In this document: piece by piece, positions 34,282 to 40,508 of the stretch
Position numbering within the stretch: the first letter of the stretch is position 1
Layout: every line of letters starts with the position of its first letter
From: a virus
Taxonomy: Duplodnaviria; Caudoviricetes
Length of the DNA: 40,508 nucleotides
IMG/VR virus record: IMGVR_UViG_3300048894_000019
Location: 1 to 40,508 of that record
Strand: one strand, 5' to 3'
Notes under the pieces: generated by a model
Databases searched by the model: none
What the model was told of the DNA's origin: nothing
The model's input: only the letters and a program-made list of their open reading frames with translations
Made by a program: the position numbers and the translations under genes

Positions 34282-34889
34282 TCCTCGAGCGGCACACATG
34301 GAAAGCAGCGCAGCGCGGTCTCGCGTGTGGCGTTGATGATCTCCACGCCGCGCACTGCCATCGCCATCGCCCTGAATGCATCGATCCAGCGCGGCATGCG
34401 GTCGACGACTGGATTACCGATGCCGGCATGGTTGCCGTGCCAGTGCAGCTTCCCGCCCGTCGCCTGCATGTCGTAGCCCAGCAGGATCACGCGCGCGGCG
34501 CCGAACAGGATCGCCAGCTGCACCGCCTGAAACCCGCTGTTGCCACCTTGCCGGATCACGCCTTCATGCACCGGCATGCCGCCGCCCGGTTCCGAGCGAA
34601 TGAAGTTCAGCCCGTACTGCACGCAAGCGCGCTGGCTCGTCGTCCAGAGCTCGTATTCACCGCGCAGCGTGTCCGCATAAGCCTTCCACCAGGTGAAGTC
34701 CATCGCATAGAGCGCATCCGCGAATGGCGCGCGCTGAATGCTGGTGTTGACGGCTATGACTTTGCGCGGCGCGTCGTTGTCCGTTTCGGCTGCGCGCCAT
34801 CGGCCGACGGCTTCGCAATCGGCTGCCGTGAGACTCGGGCCGCTGGCGATGCAGACGACGTCCGCGCCTTGCCAGCGGCCGCCGTAGGG
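34272..34889 (-). CDS. GT29/Maf-like (ASGPSL) glycosyltransferase-like domain lacking its own start codon
   Basis: Frame upstream of the track ATG (34703) encodes PYGGRWQGADVVCIASGPSLT...VIAVN...DALYAMD; downstream GNSGFQA, ILLGYDM, IINAT..TAL. Confidence 0.7.
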   Translation of the reverse strand, partial: PYGGRWQGADVVCIASGPSLTAADCEAVGRWRAAETDNDAPRKVIAVNTSIQRAPFADALYAMDFTWWKAYADTLRGEYELWTTSQRACVQYGLNFIRSEPGGGMPVHEGVIRQGGNSGFQAVQLAILFGAARVILLGYDMQATGGKLHWHGNHAGIGNPVVDRMPRWIDAFRAMAMAVRGVEIINATRETALRCFPCVPLEECL

Positions 34890-35047
34890 TTGGCCTTGTT
34901 CTCGGCCTTCGGCGCCATCTTGTTCTGCGCGGGCTGATGCATCTTCGCGAGGCCTTTCGCGACCAGCTCCAGCGCCTGCCTTTCCACCTTTTCAACGATC
35001 TCGCCGGGGTGATGCCCGTCGAAGGGTTCCACGACTCGGATTTGCAT
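34754..35047 (-). CDS. small capsid-adjacent protein
   Basis: AAGGA RBS; PGEIVE...A.ELVAKGLA, NKMAPKAENK; follows the capsid gene. Confidence 0.7.
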   Translation of the reverse strand: MQIRVVEPFDGHHPGEIVEKVERQALELVAKGLAKMHQPAQNKMAPKAENKANPTAAAGKARTSSASPAARVSRQPIAKPSADGAQPKRTTTRRAKS

Positions 35048-35058
35048 CGCCGTTCCTT

Positions 35059-35087
35059 AAAAAGCAGGGCGACCGAAGCCGCCCTGC
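35059..35087 (-). terminator. intrinsic terminator after the major capsid gene
   Basis: GCAGGGCGGC-TTCG-GTCGCCCTGC followed by TTTTT. Confidence 0.75.
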
Positions 35088-35104
35088 CAGGTCTTGCCGC
35101 CAGA

Positions 35105-36334
35105 TCAGTGCGAGGCGGACTCGAAGGTGCCCTTGACGAACGCTTCCGGGCGATAGATCGCGAGTGCAAGGCGTTCCTCGATGCGGATCGTTGCCATGTT
35201 CCGCTCGAAGTTGTCCTTGTTCTCGTAGCTGATCGCCACGTTCGCGTCCTGCCGGTCGAGGATCTGCGCGTGCGCCGCGAAGTCACCGACGAGGAACTTG
35301 CCGGACGTCATCGCCTGCGTCGACACCACCGGACGGCCCCAGAGGCGGCCAGTCGTGGTGTTGTCGGGGTTGCCGTACAGATACCGGCCGAGGGTGTCCT
35401 TCAGCAGCTCGATGCCAGCCCACTGAATCGGGTTCATCACGATCCCAGTCGTGTTGGCGAACGCGATCTCGACCTGCAACATCGCCAGGCGCAGCTTGTC
35501 GATGTCCTGGATGCTACCGCCCACGATCGGATCGTAGGTGCCAGCGGCATACGCCGTCGCTGCGGTGTAGATGCCCTCCAGGTGCTGACCCGTGCCGGAG
35601 CCGGTGAGCAGCTCGCCTTCCTCGATCAGCTTCAGCCCGTAGATTCCGCGACCCCGGATATAGCTCAGGATGTACGGAATGTCATCGAGCATCTGCAGGC
35701 TGATATCGAACAGGTGAGCGATCGTGCGCACCGTTCCAGTGATCAGCTCGAAGGTCAGATCCGACTTCGGCTTGAGGCTGCCTTCCGAAACCGGCGCCGC
35801 GTTGTTCGTGTAGCCCGACTCGCGCGGGTAGAACACGACCGACTTCGACGTGCGGCCCGGCATCAGCAGATCGCGGACGGTGAGCTGACGCTGCAGCGGG
35901 ACCAGCGGCAACGGCAGGATCTGATCGCCCGGGAAGTTCAGCGCCGTGCCGGTCACGCCGGTATTCGTCAGCGCCTTACGGTCGATCGGGATGTTCAGCG
36001 CGCGGCCGCGGTGATGGTTCGGGTTCGCGATGAAGTCCTTCGCGCCCTGGTCCTCGAGCGCCTTCGTGAAGGCCTCTTCCAGCCCGTCCGGACCTTCGGA
36101 GCGGACATCGAGGTTCTTCAGGCTCTTCGCGATCGACTGCTGCAGGTCCAGCATTTGTTGCTGGATTTCGCCCTGCTTGGTGAGCGCTTCGTCGACGCGG
36201 CCCTTCAGTTCGGCGTCCGCGGCTTCTTTCGCGGCAACCTTGTCGAGCAATTCCTTGCCGACGCCCTTGACCTCATCGGTCGCTTTCTTCATGGCGACCG
36301 CAAGGGCCGCCAAGTCTTTCTCGTTCTCGTCCAT
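35105..36334 (-). CDS. major capsid protein, HK97 family
   Basis: Coiled-coil delta domain; VSEG..KP.S, IAH....S.QMLDD, G.GTG..L.GI, NF.RNM..IR.EERL. Confidence 0.95.
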   Translation of the reverse strand: MDENEKDLAALAVAMKKATDEVKGVGKELLDKVAAKEAADAELKGRVDEALTKQGEIQQQMLDLQQSIAKSLKNLDVRSEGPDGLEEAFTKALEDQGAKDFIANPNHHRGRALNIPIDRKALTNTGVTGTALNFPGDQILPLPLVPLQRQLTVRDLLMPGRTSKSVVFYPRESGYTNNAAPVSEGSLKPKSDLTFELITGTVRTIAHLFDISLQMLDDIPYILSYIRGRGIYGLKLIEEGELLTGSGTGQHLEGIYTAATAYAAGTYDPIVGGSIQDIDKLRLAMLQVEIAFANTTGIVMNPIQWAGIELLKDTLGRYLYGNPDNTTTGRLWGRPVVSTQAMTSGKFLVGDFAAHAQILDRQDANVAISYENKDNFERNMATIRIEERLALAIYRPEAFVKGTFESASH

Positions 36335-36348
36335 TTCGTTGCTCCAGT

Positions 36349-37020
36349 TCAGGATGTGAGAGCGGCCAAGGCTCGCTTGACCGTGTTCGCCTCTTCGTCG
36401 TTGCCGACCTCACGCCGGAGCAACTTGCTCAGGCCGCCATTGGCGATGGCTTTGGCCTGAGAGCTCGAAAAGCCTGCCTCGCGCAGGAGCTTTTCGAATT
36501 GCGGAAGCGTCGGCAGCTCGCCGGACGCCAGTTTTTGTTTGACCGTGTCGATCAGCGCGTCCTCGTTCGCCGGGAACGTGACGATGCTGATCTCCTGCAG
36601 GTCGAGCTTCGTGAGCGTGCGGATCCGCGTCTTCTCGTCGTAGCTGTCCGCGCGGACGTAGTAGCCAATCGAGAGGCCTTTCACGACGCGGCGCTTCATC
36701 AGCGCATGCGCCTCGCGCGCCTGGGCGACTTCGTTGATCATCAGGAAGCCGGCAACCTTCAGTCCGGTGTCGTCTTCTTCGAGCGTGTCGTAACCGCCGA
36801 TCGGCTGGTCGGAGTTGTGCTGCCAGAGCGCCGGCATCGGATCGCCGGATGCGGCGAGCTCCTGCAGGCTTTCGGCGAAGGCGCCCTTCGCGACGACTTC
36901 GTTGTAGCAGTCGACGGTGCCAAAGACCGAGCCGTAGCCGGTAAAGGTGCCGTCCTCGTTCACAGCGCTCGCCTTGAAGGCGAACTGCTTGTGCTTGAGC
37001 TGCGCGTGTTTGTGATTCAT
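36349..37020 (-). CDS. prohead protease, HK97 family
   Basis: F.GYGSVF..VD, LWQH....PIG, GLSIGY, EISIVTFPAN. Confidence 0.95.
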   Translation of the reverse strand: MNHKHAQLKHKQFAFKASAVNEDGTFTGYGSVFGTVDCYNEVVAKGAFAESLQELAASGDPMPALWQHNSDQPIGGYDTLEEDDTGLKVAGFLMINEVAQAREAHALMKRRVVKGLSIGYYVRADSYDEKTRIRTLTKLDLQEISIVTFPANEDALIDTVKQKLASGELPTLPQFEKLLREAGFSSSQAKAIANGGLSKLLRREVGNDEEANTVKRALAALTS

Positions 37021-38390
37021 GTCGGAACCTCGGTCGGGTCGGCCGGTTTCGGTGGAATGGCGGTCGGTTCGGCCGGCAGCGGTGCGCCTGGCGTGACCGT
37101 GCCGATCTTGTCGAGCGGGAACATGGCCGATTGCACCGTGAGCACGTCGGCATTACCGCCTTTCTGCGGCATGTTCTCTTTGACGCGGACCTCGTCGCGG
37201 GTCCACAGGCCGTTGTTCACCATCGCCGAGTAGAACGTCGCGCGTGCGGCGGAATCGGCACGCAGCAGGCCCTCGACGCTGAACTCGGCCGTATAACGCG
37301 GCTTGTCCGCCGGCGCCATCAGGCTGCGACGGATCGATTGCTCGATCTTCGACAGCCATGGCCGCAGGCAGAAGGTCAGGAACGATTGCGTCTGCTGCTC
37401 GAGGCCGGTTCCCCAGTTCGAATAGCGCTCGCCGTGGCCGATCAAGGTCGGTGGAACGCCGAACCATCGGCAGATTTCGTCGATATGGAACTTGCGGGTT
37501 TCCAGCAGCTGCGAATCGCTCGGATTGAGCGTCATCTGCGAATAACCCATGCCTCCTTCGAGGATCATCGACTTGCCGGCGTTCTTCGCGCCGCTGAACT
37601 CCTGCAGCGATGCTTTCATTTCCTGGCGCTGGTCCTTCTTCAGCCACAGGCCCGGAGGCGTCGTGACATAGCCCGCCGCGCTCATGCCGCTGTTGAAGAA
37701 CGATTGCGCCGCATCCTCGGCCGACATGGCGCCGCCGAAGACGCCGGATCCGTAGAAGATCGGCGACAGGCCGGTCCGGCCGTCGAGCGTGAACGCCGGC
37801 AGGTGCCAGATTTTGTCCTCCGAAAGGACGCGATACTTCCCCCAGATGTCGACGATGGTGTATTCGAGCGAACCATCGATCAGGTAGCGCCAACTCGCAC
37901 GCGTGAGCGGAATCGGGTCGAGCGATACCAGCTGATCGCCGACGAAGTTCTTCTCCGCGATCGCGTTCCCGCGCAGCAGCATCCACGACACCATGACCTG
38001 CCAGAAGTCCACCGCCGACATGTCCGGGTTCGGCTGGTTATGCAGCAGCTCGTAAAGTCGATGTCCCGGCTGCGCCTTGCGGCCGCCATCGGGCAGCGTG
38101 CGATAGATCCCCAGCGGAAGCGTCGCGATCGTGCTCGACAGCAATCGCACGCAGGCCATTGCCGCGGCGAGCTGCAGGATCCCCTGTTCGGAAATCGCGC
38201 GCCCTGGACGGTCGGCAATCGCCCACTCGCGGTTGTATTCGAAGCCATCGCCCGATGCAGACGGGATGCCATAGGCGTCCCAGCCGCGGTTGTCGAAACC
38301 GAAGGAACCCTTCACGTCCAGCGGGTTGATCGGCGCAGGCGTCTTCGTCGAGCCAGCCTTGCGGCGGCCCAGCAGCGGGAGTCCGAGCAT
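37017..38390 (-). CDS. portal protein, HK97 family
   Basis: ACV..LS..IATLPL, PNP.MS, L.GNA, GLSPI, ICR.FGVPP, T.DEVR..EN. Confidence 0.95.
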   Translation of the reverse strand: MLGLPLLGRRKAGSTKTPAPINPLDVKGSFGFDNRGWDAYGIPSASGDGFEYNREWAIADRPGRAISEQGILQLAAAMACVRLLSSTIATLPLGIYRTLPDGGRKAQPGHRLYELLHNQPNPDMSAVDFWQVMVSWMLLRGNAIAEKNFVGDQLVSLDPIPLTRASWRYLIDGSLEYTIVDIWGKYRVLSEDKIWHLPAFTLDGRTGLSPIFYGSGVFGGAMSAEDAAQSFFNSGMSAAGYVTTPPGLWLKKDQRQEMKASLQEFSGAKNAGKSMILEGGMGYSQMTLNPSDSQLLETRKFHIDEICRWFGVPPTLIGHGERYSNWGTGLEQQTQSFLTFCLRPWLSKIEQSIRRSLMAPADKPRYTAEFSVEGLLRADSAARATFYSAMVNNGLWTRDEVRVKENMPQKGGNADVLTVQSAMFPLDKIGTVTPGAPLPAEPTAIPPKPADPTEVPT

Positions 38391-38396
38391 GCGTTA

Positions 38397-40073
38397 TCAG
38401 CCTATGACGGGGTTGGCGAAGAAGCCGTTCTTGTCGCCGGTGACATCTGCTGCCAGGAACCGCCCAGCTGCCATGATCAAAGCGACCGGGCCGTCGATCT
38501 TGCAGCGCGGATCGCTTTCGTTTTCCTTGCGCGGATAAATGTTCTCTTTCGCGTCGATCTTGGCCGAGACGTTGCCGATCATCCACGTCATCATCGGGTT
38601 TCCGTCCTGCCAGAGCGTGCGATTGAGCACGCGCGCCTCGACTTCCTTCATCGGCTGCGACATGTTGCGCACCGTCTGATTGAAATCGACGACCGGAATG
38701 CTGCTATCGGTCAGCCGCGTGATCAAATAATTCGCCTGCCAGTCGTCGAAAGCGACGTCCTGGAGGTCAACTTTTCCAGCCAAATTGACGATTTCTGCCT
38801 CGATAAAGGCGTAATCCGTCATATTTCCCGGCGTAAGCGTCAAAAACCCCGCCGAAGCGAAGTCCCGATACTTATCGTTGTCCTCTGCGGCCGATTCGGG
38901 CGCATAGAACTTCGGAATGCAGTGCAGATGTCCGCCCTTCTCGAACAACAGGACCAGCGCGGCGACGTCCTTCTTGCTCGCGAGGTCAACGGCCATCCAG
39001 CAGGGACAGCCGGCGAAATCCTCCACCTTCAGCGCGCGCTTCTGCCGCTGCCAGGCAAGCATGTTCATCCATGCCGTGCGCGCGCCGACCCATTGGTCCA
39101 GGTGCTTTGTGCGATAGGCGTTCTGCTTGCTCGCCGAGCGCCGCGCCTGGTCGAGCTGCGCCAGCAGGAAATCGCCGAACACCGAGACGCCATAATTCGG
39201 GTTCGCCTTGATCAGGCTCGCCGGATCGTCCCAGGCATCGGTTTCGTCGATGCCGTAGATGATCCCGAAGATCGTCTCGTCCTTGACCTGACCCTCGAGG
39301 ATGCGAATCACGTCCCGCCGTTTCTCGTAACACGGACCGCCGAGGTTCGATCCTGCCGTGGTGATGATCGACAGCAGCGGCTGTTGCCGAGCACCCATGC
39401 CCGTCTGCATGGCATCGACCATCTGGTCGGTGTCGTGCTCGTGGTATTCGTCGACCATGGCCGCGTGCGGACTCGAACCGTCGCCCGGCTTCCCGATCAG
39501 CGGTTCGAACTTCGACATGTCCTCCATGACGAACATAGTTCCTGGGTTCTTCGGATTGCCCGCCTGCTCAATACCGAAGCGCTCACGAAGCCCAGGGCTC
39601 TTCTTGACCATCTGCCAAGCGGGACCGAAGACCTCCATGGCCTGTTTCTCGGTCGTTGCGCCCGAATAGATCTCGGCTCCGGCCTCGCCATCGGCAGCAA
39701 ATAGATAAATCCCGCGTGCAGCGAGTCGGGTCGACTTGCCGTTCTTGCGCGGGATCTCTTCGTAGGATTCCCGGAAGCGCCGCAAACCGGTTCGCTTGTG
39801 GATCCAACCGAAGAGGTTGCATTCGATGAAACATTGCCAGGGACCGAACGTCAGCCGCTCCCGATGCGCAGCCCATTTGCCCTTGATGTGCGGCATCAGC
39901 TGCATGAAGCGTATGGCGCGATCTGCAGCAAGCGCGTCGAACCGATAGGGCCAGTCCTTCCGTTTCAGATCCTCGACGAACCGCTTGCACGCCAGACGGA
40001 CATAGTTGCCTGCCGGGATCCGGCCAGCCAGAACGTCGCTGGCGTAGCCCTTCGCGGATTCGGTCGGCGTCAT
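38397..40073 (-). CDS. terL: terminase large subunit
   Basis: IPRKNGKS Walker A, VDEYH Walker B, ITTAG, VDLAS..D, KIDG..A. Confidence 0.96.
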   Translation of the reverse strand: MTPTESAKGYASDVLAGRIPAGNYVRLACKRFVEDLKRKDWPYRFDALAADRAIRFMQLMPHIKGKWAAHRERLTFGPWQCFIECNLFGWIHKRTGLRRFRESYEEIPRKNGKSTRLAARGIYLFAADGEAGAEIYSGATTEKQAMEVFGPAWQMVKKSPGLRERFGIEQAGNPKNPGTMFVMEDMSKFEPLIGKPGDGSSPHAAMVDEYHEHDTDQMVDAMQTGMGARQQPLLSIITTAGSNLGGPCYEKRRDVIRILEGQVKDETIFGIIYGIDETDAWDDPASLIKANPNYGVSVFGDFLLAQLDQARRSASKQNAYRTKHLDQWVGARTAWMNMLAWQRQKRALKVEDFAGCPCWMAVDLASKKDVAALVLLFEKGGHLHCIPKFYAPESAAEDNDKYRDFASAGFLTLTPGNMTDYAFIEAEIVNLAGKVDLQDVAFDDWQANYLITRLTDSSIPVVDFNQTVRNMSQPMKEVEARVLNRTLWQDGNPMMTWMIGNVSAKIDAKENIYPRKENESDPRCKIDGPVALIMAAGRFLAADVTGDKNGFFANPVIG

Positions 40074-40074
40074 G

Positions 40075-40455
40075 TCAGAACTCGTTGAACGGGTTGTCCT
40101 CCGGCGGCGGATTCGTCCCGAACTTCTGTCGATCTGCTGGCGTCAAGCCGAGCCGCGCCAGGCAGCCGATCATGTGTCCCATCTTCGCGGCCGGCATGGC
40201 CTTCGGATCGTCGCGGAATTCGGCGACCAGAACGGCAGTTGTCTCCAGGACAATCCGATCCGATCCGGTCAACACGCCTTTCAGCGCATAGGTCTTGAGC
40301 TCGGCCCAGACCTTCTTTGCCGATCGGTGCAGATGCGTCGGAACCGCGCCCAGGGGAAGTTCGGACTTCGCCGGCTTCTTCTTGTAGCGCTGGGGGTCGT
40401 GACGCTTTGCCCCTTTCAGCGCCGCAAGTTCTTCCGGTTGGCGGTGCCGTGCCAT
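40075..40455 (-). CDS. terS: terminase small subunit (P27-like)
   Basis: P.HL...AKKVW, LT..D, LGLTPADR; directly upstream of terL. Confidence 0.88.
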   Translation of the reverse strand: MARHRQPEELAALKGAKRHDPQRYKKKPAKSELPLGAVPTHLHRSAKKVWAELKTYALKGVLTGSDRIVLETTAVLVAEFRDDPKAMPAAKMGHMIGCLARLGLTPADRQKFGTNPPPEDNPFNEF

Positions 40456-40508
40456 TGCATCAATGCCTCAATCCTTGAAACGGAATTCTGCGGAAGCGTG
40501 AAAAATGC

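Noticed and set aside
30776-34889. GT cassette as a GtrABC-type serotype conversion or DNA hypermodification locus
   Set aside because: No membrane flippase or polytopic transferase, not near att or replication genes, and embedded in the late head operon; disfavoured rather than excluded
34984-34994. GAA AAG (A_AAG) as the frameshift site into the GT-like frame
   Set aside because: Possible, since the -1 frame opens there, but it would replace the protein-like LVAKGLA...NKMAPKAENK segment with low-complexity sequence; the AAC CCT site fits better
37131-39704. 857-aa plus-strand ORF and other long antisense ORFs (e.g. 34937-36460, 12018-13037, 19464-20588)
   Set aside because: Shadow frames of well-supported genes in high-GC DNA; no recognisable motifs
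1-40508. Specific host assignment (Xanthomonadales-like impression)
   Set aside because: Based only on GC richness and general protein resemblance; cannot be supported without a search

Overview
The window looks like a complete, essentially linear ~40.5 kb genome of a temperate lambdoid/HK97-like siphophage of a high-GC Gram-negative host. It is opened between the HNH gene and terS, the expected cos position, and has an intact attP (3' half of tRNA-Thr(CGT)) beside the integrase. Modules: lysis genes plus tRNA(CAT) under a Q/pR'-like control, replication genes, a cro/cI switch with five clear operators, an early rightward operon, integration, and head/tail genes on the minus strand. Two features stand out. 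(1) A complete diversity-generating retroelement (Avd, template repeat, RT) sits in the EARLY operon and diversifies three small stand-alone DUF1566/CLec-type proteins, not a tail fibre; all 50 TR-VR mismatches are at TR adenines, and the TR lies in frame at the start of the RT ORF. (2) A six-gene glycosyltransferase/methyltransferase cassette is inserted between the major capsid gene and the head-tail connector genes. Its first gene seems to need a -1 frameshift from a small capsid-adjacent ORF, and the neighbouring neck proteins carry Ser-Asp-rich insertions, suggesting virion glycosylation. All product calls come from motif recognition and synteny by eye; no database search was run.
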